DNA of 32,000 nucleotides, from assembly GCF_000025945.1 (NCBI RefSeq), contig NC_006138.1:1590001-1622000 (forward strand). Direction: 5' to 3'. The first letter of the stretch is position 1; every line of letters begins with the position of its first letter. Both the position numbers and the translations under genes were made by a program. The notes below the pieces were generated by a model. That model did not search any database. It had not been told where the DNA came from and was given only the letters and a program-made list of their open reading frames with translations. Source of the stretch: Desulfotalea psychrophila LSv54. GTDB lineage: Bacteria; Desulfobacterota; Desulfobulbia; Desulfobulbales; Desulfocapsaceae. Below are positions 9,817-18,352 of the stretch, in pieces.

Positions 9817-9845
9817 TTGAACGGGCGAGTGCTCAGAATTATAGT
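9817..9845 (+). promoter_or_regulatory. Candidate sigma70-type promoter for the aap operon
   Basis: TTGAAC - 17 nt - TATAGT, 84 nt upstream of the aapJ-like start. Confidence 0.5.
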
Positions 9846-9929
9846 AGAAAAATGTTGCAAAAAAGAGAATAATCAGCAAGGGTTGGGCTGATAAAAAGTA
9901 TGTAATGATATAAAAATAGGAGAATTTGA

Positions 9930-10949
9930 ATGAAATCTGTATGCAATAGACTGGTTGGTGCTGCTCTGGGCTCACTCCTCTTGGCGAGCACTGTCTCGGC
10001 CACAACTCTGGACGTGGTTAAGGAGAAGGGTTATGTGAACGCCGGTGTTTCTGGCAAGGTAATTGGCTTTTCTGCGCCAGATTCTCAGGGCGTGTGGAGA
10101 GGAATGGATGTGGACTTTGTCCGTGCCGTTGCCTCTGCCATCTTTGATGATCCAAATAAGGCTCGTTTTACTCCCGTTGCCTTTAAGGAGGCCTTTGCTG
10201 CTCTTCAGTCCGGTGAAATTGAGATTCTTGCCCGTAACACCACCTGGACCTTTCAAAGAGATACCAAGCTTGGCCTGGAGTTTGTGGGCCCGCTCTTCTA
10301 TGATGGACAGGGGTTTTTGGTGCATAAGGATCTTGGCGTGAAAAGTGCCCTGGAGCTTGATGGTGCCAGTGTCTGCACTCAGTCCGGTACCACTACAGAG
10401 CTCAATATGGCCGATTATTTTGCCTCCCACGGAATGACTTACCTGCCCGTTGTCTATGAGAGTGCCGATGAGGCAACCGTTATCTATGATACGGGTCGTT
10501 GTGATGTTTATACCACCGACTCTTCGGCCCTTGCCGCCCGTCGAACTATTCTCTCCAACCCCGATGATCATGAAATTCTCCCGGAGATTATCTCTAAAGA
10601 GCCTCTGGGACCTGCGGTTCGCCAAGGTGATCAGCAGTGGAGTGATTTGGTACGTTGGACTCTTTTTGCCCTTATTACGGGTGAAGAGCTTGGTATTACC
10701 TCCGAGAATGTTGATCAGATGCTGACCTCAGAGAATACCGAGGTAAAAAGATTTTTAGGCGTTGATTCTGATTTTGGCCAACATATCGGCCTCAGCCATG
10801 ATTGGGCCTATAGAATTATTAAGCATGTGGGTAATTATAGTGAGGTCTTTGAACGTAATGTCGGATCTCAAACGGCACTTGGGCTCGATCGGGGTCTTAA
10901 TGCCCTCTGGACCAATGGCGGTCTTATGTATGCCCCTCCGATTCGTTAA
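9930..10949 (+). CDS. aapJ: General L-amino acid ABC transporter, periplasmic binding protein (AapJ/BztA type)
   Basis: 339 aa with signal peptide; VVKEKGYVNAGVSGKVIGFSAPDSQGVWRGMDVDFVRAVASAIF, SGEIEILARNTTWTFQRD, AYRIIKHVGNYSEVFERNVG; first gene of a J-Q-M-P arrangement. Confidence 0.92.
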   Translation: MKSVCNRLVGAALGSLLLASTVSATTLDVVKEKGYVNAGVSGKVIGFSAPDSQGVWRGMDVDFVRAVASAIFDDPNKARFTPVAFKEAFAALQSGEIEILARNTTWTFQRDTKLGLEFVGPLFYDGQGFLVHKDLGVKSALELDGASVCTQSGTTTELNMADYFASHGMTYLPVVYESADEATVIYDTGRCDVYTTDSSALAARRTILSNPDDHEILPEIISKEPLGPAVRQGDQQWSDLVRWTLFALITGEELGITSENVDQMLTSENTEVKRFLGVDSDFGQHIGLSHDWAYRIIKHVGNYSEVFERNVGSQTALGLDRGLNALWTNGGLMYAPPIR

Positions 10950-11020
10950 ATTTTTGCTGATATTTCGTACAGCCGCTTCGGCGGTTGTGCTAACAGAGGT
11001 TGCATTATAGGAAGTATTTG

Positions 11021-12172
11021 ATGTCTTTAACAAAAAATGAAAAGACCCGGGCCTGTTCCGGTCGTTTTCTCCACGATGCTCGTTTTCGTTCGTATCTTGC
11101 TCAGGCGACTGTCCTCTTGGTGCTCATTGCCGCTCTCTCCTACGGTGGCTATAATGTTGTCCATAATCTGCAGAAGGCCGGGGTAACTACGGGTTTTGCC
11201 TTTCTGGATGAGACCGCAGGCTTTGATATTAGCCAAACCCTTATCGCTTACTCAAGCAAGAGCACCTATGCAGATGCCCTTGTCGTTGGGCTTTTAAACA
11301 CCCTGCTTGTCTCGGCTCTTGGTATTGTCTTTTCCACAGTCCTTGGCTTTTCTCTAGCGGTTCTTCGTCTGTCGTCAAATTGGCTTGTCTCAAAGCTTGC
11401 TACGACCTATGTGGAGATAATTCGTAATATTCCGCTTCTGTTGCAGATACTGTTTTGGTATCTGGCCATACTTGCCCCCCTGCCCTCTGCTAGGAAGGCC
11501 TTGAGCTTTGAGGGAATTGCATATCTCTGTAATCGTGGTTTGCAGTTGCCGCGACCTGTGCTGGATGGAGGTGGCAATCTTGTGGCCCTGGCCTTAGGTC
11601 TTGCCCTGGTGGTTTCTTTCTTTTTTATCCGATGGAATCATCTGCGCCAGCGACGTACGGGCAGGAGATTTCCTGCCGTTCTCTTCAGCCTTGTCCTGAT
11701 TATCTCTTTACCTCTTGTGGCTCTGGCCTGCATGGGTTTTCCTCTGCACTGGGAGCTTCCGGTTCTGAAGGGTTTTAACTTCAGGGGTGGAATTACCGTT
11801 CTTCCAGAGCTCATTGCCCTGCTTTTGGCGCTTACCCTTTATACAGCAACCTTTATCAGTGAGTATGTCCGTTCGGGTATTATGTCGGTGGATCGTGGCC
11901 AAAAGGAGGCTGCTGAGGCCCTTGGCTATCAACCTTGGATGATCTATAGATTGATTATTCTCCCTCAGGCGATGCGGGTTGCCATACCACCTCTGATCAG
12001 TCAGTATCTGACTCTGGTGAAAAACTCCTCTCTGGCGGTGGTGATCGGTTATCCGGATCTTATTCATGTCTTTGCTGGGACGGTGCTTAATCAATCTGGT
12101 CAGGCGATGGAAATTATTGCCATTACCATGGCCGATATCTCTCTATTAGTTTGGTTATATCCCTTCTCATGA
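11021..12172 (+). CDS. aapQ: General L-amino acid ABC transporter permease (AapQ/BztB type), apparent frameshift near C-terminus
   Basis: FRSYLAQATVLLVLIAALSYGGYNVVHNLQKAGVTTGFAFLDETAGFDI..., EAAEALGYQPWMIYRLIILPQAMRVAIPPLISQYLTLVKNSSLAVVIGYPDL. The expected ending ...SLLMNWYNKKVVLRGM* is in another frame and ends at 12210. Confidence 0.92.
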   Translation: MSLTKNEKTRACSGRFLHDARFRSYLAQATVLLVLIAALSYGGYNVVHNLQKAGVTTGFAFLDETAGFDISQTLIAYSSKSTYADALVVGLLNTLLVSALGIVFSTVLGFSLAVLRLSSNWLVSKLATTYVEIIRNIPLLLQILFWYLAILAPLPSARKALSFEGIAYLCNRGLQLPRPVLDGGGNLVALALGLALVVSFFFIRWNHLRQRRTGRRFPAVLFSLVLIISLPLVALACMGFPLHWELPVLKGFNFRGGITVLPELIALLLALTLYTATFISEYVRSGIMSVDRGQKEAAEALGYQPWMIYRLIILPQAMRVAIPPLISQYLTLVKNSSLAVVIGYPDLIHVFAGTVLNQSGQAMEIIAITMADISLLVWLYPFS

Positions 12173-12273
12173 ATTGGTATAATAAAAAAGTTGTGTTGCG
12201 GGGCATGTAACCCTGCCGAGAGTTTACCCCCTGCGCCGACAACGTTAAACATTTCAACACAGATAGAAGAATT

Positions 12274-13695
12274 ATGTCTCAACAATGGATACCTAAATCC
12301 GCTCAGCCCTGCCCGGTAACAGAGAAGGGTCCCCTGGGGTGGATGTATAAGAATCTCTTTTCATCTCCCTTTAATACGGTGCTCACCCTCCTTGGTGTGA
12401 GCCTCTTGTTTTGGCTGATTACCCCTCTAGTTCGCTGGGCAATTATCGATGCAACCTGGGTAGGGACATCCCGTGATGCCTGTACGGTCCTGGGAGGCTG
12501 TGATCCCGGCGCCTGTTGGGTCTTTATTAAGGTACGTTTTCAGCTCTTTATGTATGGCTTTTATCCAGAGGTTGAACGTTGGCGAATAAATTTTGCCTTT
12601 GTTCTGATCGCCTTTGCCGCTCTACCCCATCTTATTCCGGACTTTTTTGCGAAGAGCTGGAGGCAGTATCTGCGGGTGGCTTTGGCTCTGGCCCTGATAG
12701 CGGCCTTTTTTGGTCTGCAGCCGTTTTTGGTTGCCGCCCCCTTTTTTCTGGCCCCCTTTCTCCTTGCCCGGTTTTCTCTTAAGGAGAGAGTTGTGCAGGG
12801 GCGTCATCCTATTTTGGTAGGGCTGGCGGCCTCTATTCTGGTCTGTCTTGCTGTTTCCCTATCCGTCCGGGCTATCTGGGGCGATGGCGGTGCTTGGGCC
12901 CTCGGTCTTTCTGCAGCCTTGCTTGTCTATCCGCTCTTTGCCTTAAAGCAGCTCTCCGAGACGGTGTGGCGTTGGAACTTGCTCTGTGTGGTCTATCCGC
13001 TGATTGCCTATTTTCTCTTTGTGGGGGATGCCTTTGGCCTTGTTCTGGTGGAGACCCATTTCTGGGGTGGCTTGTTTCTGACCTTGGTGGTAGCGGGGAC
13101 GGGCATGGCAACGGCCATGCCCATTGGCATTCTCCTGGCTCTGGGGCGTTGTTCGAAGATGATTGTTATCCGTACTCTCTGTATTGGCTTTATTGAGCTG
13201 GTGCGTGGGGTGCCTTTGATCAGTGTCCTCTTTATGGCCTCGGTAATGTTTCCCCTGTTTTTGCCGGAGAATATGAGCTTTGATAAGTTACTTCGGGCTC
13301 TTATTGGAGTTGCCTTTTTCTATGCAGCCTATATTGCCGAGGTGATTCGTGGTGGCTTACAGGCCATCCCCAAGGGCCAGTATGAGGCAGCAGAGGCCCT
13401 GGGCTGGACCTATTGGAAGAAGATGTCGGTGATTATTCTGCCGCAAACCCTGCGTATGGTTATTCCGGGTTTGGCCAATAATTTTCTTTCCCTGCTTAAG
13501 GATACGACCCTGGTAGCGGTCATTGGCCTGCTTGATCTGCTCGGTGTTGCCAAGGCAGCCCTGGCTGATGCCGCCTGGCTCGGTTTTACCAAGGAGGCCT
13601 ATGTCTTTGCCGGCCTCGTTTTTTGGATATTCTGCTTTGCTATTTCTCGTTATAGCAACTTTTTAGAGAAAAAATACCACACTAATTACAGGTAG
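12274..13695 (+). CDS. aapM: General L-amino acid ABC transporter permease (AapM/BztC type)
   Basis: 473 aa; LFSSPFNTVLTLLG...WAIIDATW, EAAEALGWTYWKKMSVIILPQTLRMVIPGLANNFLSLLKDTTLVAVIGLLDLLG. Confidence 0.92.
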   Translation: MSQQWIPKSAQPCPVTEKGPLGWMYKNLFSSPFNTVLTLLGVSLLFWLITPLVRWAIIDATWVGTSRDACTVLGGCDPGACWVFIKVRFQLFMYGFYPEVERWRINFAFVLIAFAALPHLIPDFFAKSWRQYLRVALALALIAAFFGLQPFLVAAPFFLAPFLLARFSLKERVVQGRHPILVGLAASILVCLAVSLSVRAIWGDGGAWALGLSAALLVYPLFALKQLSETVWRWNLLCVVYPLIAYFLFVGDAFGLVLVETHFWGGLFLTLVVAGTGMATAMPIGILLALGRCSKMIVIRTLCIGFIELVRGVPLISVLFMASVMFPLFLPENMSFDKLLRALIGVAFFYAAYIAEVIRGGLQAIPKGQYEAAEALGWTYWKKMSVIILPQTLRMVIPGLANNFLSLLKDTTLVAVIGLLDLLGVAKAALADAAWLGFTKEAYVFAGLVFWIFCFAISRYSNFLEKKYHTNYR

Positions 13696-13724
13696 TGACT
13701 GTGGTTGAGATATAAGGTTGGATT

Positions 13725-14501
13725 ATGGTTACAGAACAGAAAGAAGTTACGGCTGATGAGGATTTTATTGTTATTTCCGGACTCAATAAGTGGTACGGCG
13801 ATTTTCATGTCCTAAAGGACGTCAATCTGCGGGTGAAAAAGGGCGAAAAGCTGGTTATTTGTGGCCCGTCTGGTTCGGGTAAATCCACCCTTATTCGCTG
13901 CGTGAATCGTCTGGAACAACATCAGGAGGGCCGGATCATTATCAATGGGATGGAGCTTAATAATGATGTGAAACGTATTGATCGTATTCGGCAGGAGGTG
14001 GGGATGGTTTTTCAAAACTTTAACCTCTTTCCTCATATGACGGTGTTGGAAAACCTCACATCCTCCCCCGTCTGGATACGGAAGATGCCTCTGAAGGAGG
14101 CAGAAGAGCTTGCCTATCATTATCTTGAGCGGGTAAAGATTCCAGAGCTTGCCCATAAGTATCCCATGCAGTGTTCGGGGGGGCAACAACAGCGGGTGGC
14201 TATTGCCCGTTGTCTCTGTATGAATCCTCAGGTAATGCTCCTTGATGAACCGACTTCAGCCCTTGATCCGGAGATGATCAAGGAGGTGCTTGATGTTATC
14301 ACTGATCTTGCCGGGTCGGGTATGACCATGCTCTGCGTTACCCATGAGATGGGCTTTGCCCGTACCGTGGCCGATCGTATTGTCTTTATGGATCAGGGTG
14401 AGATTGTTGAGCAGAACGATCCGGAGAGCTTTTTCAGCAATCCGCAGTTTGACAGAACCAAGCTCTTTCTTAGCCAGATTATCTCTCATAACTTCTCTTA
14501 A
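13725..14501 (+). CDS. aapP: Amino acid ABC transporter ATP-binding protein (AapP/BztD/GlnQ type)
   Basis: 258 aa; Walker [10 protein letters not shown], signature [34 protein letters not shown]. Confidence 0.95.
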   Translation: MVTEQKEVTADEDFIVISGLNKWYGDFHVLKDVNLRVKKGEKLVICGPSGSGKSTLIRCVNRLEQHQEGRIIINGMELNNDVKRIDRIRQEVGMVFQNFNLFPHMTVLENLTSSPVWIRKMPLKEAEELAYHYLERVKIPELAHKYPMQCSGGQQQRVAIARCLCMNPQVMLLDEPTSALDPEMIKEVLDVITDLAGSGMTMLCVTHEMGFARTVADRIVFMDQGEIVEQNDPESFFSNPQFDRTKLFLSQIISHNFS

Positions 14502-14504
14502 GCC

Positions 14505-15896
14505 ATGAATAATACAGAAAAGAGCCCGGATCTGACCATTGCCGAACAGCTGGCCGAATATATCGTTGCTCTTCGTTTTGAACAGATTCCCTTTGCAGTG
14601 ATTGATCATGCCCGCCATCTCCTGCTTGACCTTATTGGGGCGAGCTTGGCGGGGATTGGAACCCCCGAGGCCTGTGCTGCTACCAGAGCGGTGGAGATGC
14701 TTGCTCCTCAGGGTGGCGCGTCCCTGATCTGGGGAACCGATCGGGGCACAACTCCTGGTGGTGCCGCCCTGGTTAATGGCATTATTGCCCATGCCCGGGA
14801 GCTGGATGATTTTGGCGGTGTTGATCATACCGGAGCGGTGGTGGTGCCGGCGCTTTTGGCCGTGGCCGAGAGCTTTCCCACCATTTCCGGAGAAGATTTT
14901 ATCGCGGCCATGGTGGTGGGTTATGAGGTGGGGCGTCGAGTGCTTAATGGGGCCGGAGGATATCGCCCCCATAACCATGAGGACGGTTATCACTCCACTG
15001 GCTCCTGTGGCAGCTTTGCCGCAGCTGCGGCCGTTGCCAAGCTGTTAAGGCTTAATGTGGAGCAGACCACCTGGGCTCTGGGGCTTGCTGGCAGTTTCAC
15101 CGGTGGCACCTGGGCCTTCACCGTGGATGGGGCCATGAGTAAACGTTACCATGTGGGGCGGGCAGCGGAGACCGGGGTGGTCACCGCTCTTCTGGCCCTG
15201 AACGACTTTACCGGTCCTGCCCATATCTTTGAGGCTGAGTGGGGCGGTTTTCTCACAACCTATGCGCGGCATACAGCGGTGCCCGAGGCTCTTACCGAGG
15301 CCCTGGGCAGGAGATATGACACCCTGCGCAGTGGCATAAAGCCCTATGCGGCCTGCCGCGACATCCATTCGAGTCTCGATGTTCTCTTTAAGGCCTGTCG
15401 GGAACATCATCTGCAGACAGCGGATATCACCTCTATAGAGGTGCGCTGTATTCCTGAGATGAAGCAGATGATCGGTTCGCTTGCCCCGCCCACCAATCGC
15501 TTTGAGGCTCAGCTCTCCCTGCCCTATAGCCTTGCCGTTGCCTTGGTGACGGGCCGGGCATTTTTGTCGGAGTATGAGGAGCCTTATCTCTTCTCCAAGG
15601 AGGTGGTGGCGGCAATGGCACTGGTTGTCCTGATTGAAGATCCCGGCCTGCCCTATGATTCTGAGCCTCATATAAGGATTCAGACGAGGGATGGCAGGAG
15701 TATTGAGGGGCATGTCCCCTATGCTTCAGGCGCACCGCAAAATCCTCTTGAACCGAATGCTATCTATGAAAAATTTGACTCCCTGGCTCTGCGGGCCCTC
15801 TCTGCTGAGCGGGTGAAGCTGCTGCGCCGGACTATCCTTGATATTGTTGCTCTTGATGACGTGCGTTCCATCTCTGATCTGTTAAAGATAGGCTAG
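14505..15896 (+). CDS. MmgE/PrpD family protein (2-methylcitrate dehydratase-like)
   Basis: 463 aa; DHARHLLLDLIGASLAGIGTPEA, NGIIAHARELDDFGGVDHTGAVVVPALLAVAE, GYRPHNHEDGYHSTGSCGSFAAAAAVAKLL, PYAACRDIHSSLDVLF are MmgE/PrpD-like. It starts 3 nt after aapP ends. Confidence 0.85.
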   Translation: MNNTEKSPDLTIAEQLAEYIVALRFEQIPFAVIDHARHLLLDLIGASLAGIGTPEACAATRAVEMLAPQGGASLIWGTDRGTTPGGAALVNGIIAHARELDDFGGVDHTGAVVVPALLAVAESFPTISGEDFIAAMVVGYEVGRRVLNGAGGYRPHNHEDGYHSTGSCGSFAAAAAVAKLLRLNVEQTTWALGLAGSFTGGTWAFTVDGAMSKRYHVGRAAETGVVTALLALNDFTGPAHIFEAEWGGFLTTYARHTAVPEALTEALGRRYDTLRSGIKPYAACRDIHSSLDVLFKACREHHLQTADITSIEVRCIPEMKQMIGSLAPPTNRFEAQLSLPYSLAVALVTGRAFLSEYEEPYLFSKEVVAAMALVVLIEDPGLPYDSEPHIRIQTRDGRSIEGHVPYASGAPQNPLEPNAIYEKFDSLALRALSAERVKLLRRTILDIVALDDVRSISDLLKIG

Positions 15897-15959
15897 TAAG
15901 TATCTTGTCGTCTCCGTCGCTTCAGGTATAATGTCGCAAACTTTTATTAAGGGGATGAG

Positions 15960-16460
15960 ATGGAAGATAGAGAGATAGAGGCAAGAGATGCCCTGTGGAT
16001 GGGCTATGCCCTCGATGAGGCGGCTCGGGCAGGAGCAAATGGTGAGGTGCCGGTGGGGGCGGTGTTGGTGCAGGATGGTGAGCTGATTGCCACTGGACTC
16101 AATGGCATGATTACCCATAATGATCCCAGCGCCCATGCAGAGATTGTTGCCCTGCGTCAGGCTGGTCAGGTCCTTAACAACTATCGTTTTCCCGAGGCGA
16201 CCCTCTATGTGACCCTTGAACCCTGTATTATGTGTATGGGTGCTATCATTCAGGCCCGGATAAAGCGACTTGTCTTCGCTGCCTTCGATACCAAGACAGG
16301 TGCTGCCGGCTCTCTCTATGATATAGGTAGAGACGGAGCCCTGAATCATCGAGTGGAGATTATGGGCGGTGTTCTGGCAGAGACCAGTGCTGCTCTCTTA
16401 AAAGCGTTTTTTCGCGATCGGAGAAAAAAGCGTAAGAACGGGGGGCTTGATAAGGGCTGA
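15960..16460 (+). CDS. tadA: tRNA-specific adenosine deaminase
   Basis: 166 aa; GEVPVGAVLVQDG, DPSAHAEIVALRQA, YVTLEPCIMCMGAIIQARI. Confidence 0.93.
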   Translation: MEDREIEARDALWMGYALDEAARAGANGEVPVGAVLVQDGELIATGLNGMITHNDPSAHAEIVALRQAGQVLNNYRFPEATLYVTLEPCIMCMGAIIQARIKRLVFAAFDTKTGAAGSLYDIGRDGALNHRVEIMGGVLAETSAALLKAFFRDRRKKRKNGGLDKG

Positions 16461-16557
16461 GGGAAAAAGGCTCTTTCAAACGATTTTAAGTGCATTTTTT
16501 TGTTGCCAAAATGTCTCAATCAGTTTATAAATCGCGCACAAATTGAACAACAGTTGT

Positions 16558-16643
16558 GGAGAGGTGACCGAGTGGCTTAAGGTGCACGCCTGGAAAGCGT
16601 GTGTACGCAAGTACCGAGAGTTCGAATCTCTCCTTTTCCGCCA
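16558..16643 (+). tRNA. tRNA-Ser (GGA anticodon), CCA encoded
   Basis: GGAGAGGTGACCGAGTGGCTTAAGGTGCACGCCTGGAAAGCGTGTGTACGCAAGTACCGAGAGTTCGAATCTCTCCTTTTCCGCCA; anticodon loop CTGGAAA, long variable arm, T-arm GAGAGTTCGAATCTCTC. Confidence 0.95.
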
Positions 16644-16652
16644 CGGTTTTTT

Positions 16653-16690
16653 AAAGGCTCGTAACGTTTTCGTTACGGGCCTTTTTTTTG
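16653..16690 (+). terminator. Rho-independent terminator after tRNA-Ser
   Basis: aaaggctcgtaacg-tttt-cgttacgggcctttttttt: GC-rich stem, TTTT loop, T-run. Confidence 0.88.
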
Positions 16691-17060
16691 TCTTCTCCTT
16701 GGACTCCTTTGCCCGGGCTTTATTTGAATCTCCTGCCTGTGCCTCTTCTCCTCCATTTTTTTTAAGCACTATGGAACGCTTATCATTCCCTCTTCTGAGC
16801 GCAGCAACCTTTATCTGTATATGATTAGGGTGATTTCTGGCAAGGACCTGTCTGGGCCTTAAATACCCATTTCCCCTGTGCAAAAAAAGTATTGTAAAAC
16901 CGAACAATTCGCTTGGGTTTTTGTCCTTCACTATTTAGGGTGGAGAGTGTATATAACTGGTATGAGGTTTTCTTATTTTTTAAATCAGAAAAATTGATCA
17001 AAAGTATCGCATGGGTTTTCAACTAGAGGTGGGCATTTGGAATCTTTCAAAGGAGATGGG

Positions 17061-18287
17061 ATGAGAAAGTTTTCCCCTTCAATCCTGGTATTAGACGCAA
17101 GCACGGATGGTTACGATATTGTAAAAGAGCAGGCTGCTAAAACTGACTATAATGCTCTTATTAAGCACGTTAAGAACTTTCCGGAATTTTGTGAAGTTTT
17201 TGCCGATGGATCGTGGAATGTTGTGGTAACCCAGTATCAAGTTGACAGCCTTACCGCCTATGATGTCCTTGATTATATTGGGAAATCAGGAAAAGAAGCC
17301 TCCATGGTAATTCTCTCGGAAGATATTCCTGAGGATGAATCCTATGATATCATCTACGCCGGAGCCTGTGATTTTGTTTATAAGGACAGCCCAGAACGCT
17401 TAATGCCGGTTATTTACCGTGAAATACGCTCCCATATCAAAAAGTTACACCATGAGCGCCTACAGAGGGCGGTTGATTCCTTCAGTACCTCCCTGCGTCT
17501 TGCCAATCCTGATAAGTATAATTACTTCCACTCGTTGATGGAGGTGGGGGATAAGAACCTCATTAACACCTTTGACTATCAGGAGGCACTTGGCTTTTTG
17601 CAGGAGAGCGGCGATGTCCAGAACGAGCACTACGAAATTATTCGTCAGGCGGACTTTATGCGCCATATTCCTATCCACCAGGCAGAAAAGGCCTTTAACG
17701 CCTTTGAAGAGAAAGCGGTAAAGGCGGGCGAGATCCTTATGCAGATGGGAAAGCCGGTTGATTATTTTCATATTATTGTGGGTGGTGAGGCTCAGCTTAC
17801 CCAAATTGATATGGAAACCGGTGATCTGGACTCTTCAGCCATCTTGAAGGTGGGAGAGGCGTTTGGTGAAAAGACAATCCTGCAAGGGGGACAGGCAGAA
17901 AGAGGGGTGAAGATGCTTACCGATGGCATTATTCTCCGTCTTGCCGCCGATGTTTTTCAAAAGCTGGTGGCGGCACCGCTGGTGTCCGATGTTGAGGTGC
18001 CCATCGCCAAGGCAATGCTGGACAATTCCTATAAGCTCATTGATGTCCGTCTTGAGGAGGAGTATGAGATGGGTCATATCCCCGGGGCAATACTCATACC
18101 CCTGCACGAGCTTCAGGACAGAATGGACGAGATAGACACCAGTTATCGTTATGTGGTCTGCTGTCGAAGTGGAAGCAGAAGCGCTGCTGCCACCTTTATT
18201 CTTGCTCAGGCCGGTTTTAATGTCCGTAATATGGAGGGTGGAATGCTTGCCTGGAACTATGAGACGGTATCGGAGTATGTCTCCTAG
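17061..18287 (+). CDS. Degenerate receiver-like domain + cyclic nucleotide-binding domain + rhodanese domain protein
   Basis: N-terminus ILVLDASTDGYDIV...VVVTQYQVDSL...MVILSEDI...AGACDFVYKD is REC-like. The middle has GKVDYFHIIVGGEAQL-like text (MGKPVDYFHIIVGGEAQLTQI...GEAFGEKTIL), fitting cNMP-binding. The C-terminus LIDVRLEEEYEMGHIPGAILIPLHEL...VVCCRSGSRSAAATFILAQAGFNVRNMEGGMLAW is rhodanese. Confidence 0.85.
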   Translation: MRKFSPSILVLDASTDGYDIVKEQAAKTDYNALIKHVKNFPEFCEVFADGSWNVVVTQYQVDSLTAYDVLDYIGKSGKEASMVILSEDIPEDESYDIIYAGACDFVYKDSPERLMPVIYREIRSHIKKLHHERLQRAVDSFSTSLRLANPDKYNYFHSLMEVGDKNLINTFDYQEALGFLQESGDVQNEHYEIIRQADFMRHIPIHQAEKAFNAFEEKAVKAGEILMQMGKPVDYFHIIVGGEAQLTQIDMETGDLDSSAILKVGEAFGEKTILQGGQAERGVKMLTDGIILRLAADVFQKLVAAPLVSDVEVPIAKAMLDNSYKLIDVRLEEEYEMGHIPGAILIPLHELQDRMDEIDTSYRYVVCCRSGSRSAAATFILAQAGFNVRNMEGGMLAWNYETVSEYVS

Positions 18288-18352
18288 GACAGCTTAACCA
18301 GACAGACAGAGTTTTATTGCGGACTCTTTACAATATATAAGATAGGAAGAAT

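Noticed and set aside
9691-10005. N-terminal ~105 aa of the DMT-transporter ORF as called
   Set aside because: It is Phe/Tyr/Lys-rich translation of an AT-rich promoter region that overlaps the divergent aapJ-like gene. A start at ~9690 after AAGGAG is more credible.
14758-15735. Antisense ORFs 15045..15713 (-) and others opposite the MmgE/PrpD gene
   Set aside because: They are shadow ORFs with no domain-like sequence.
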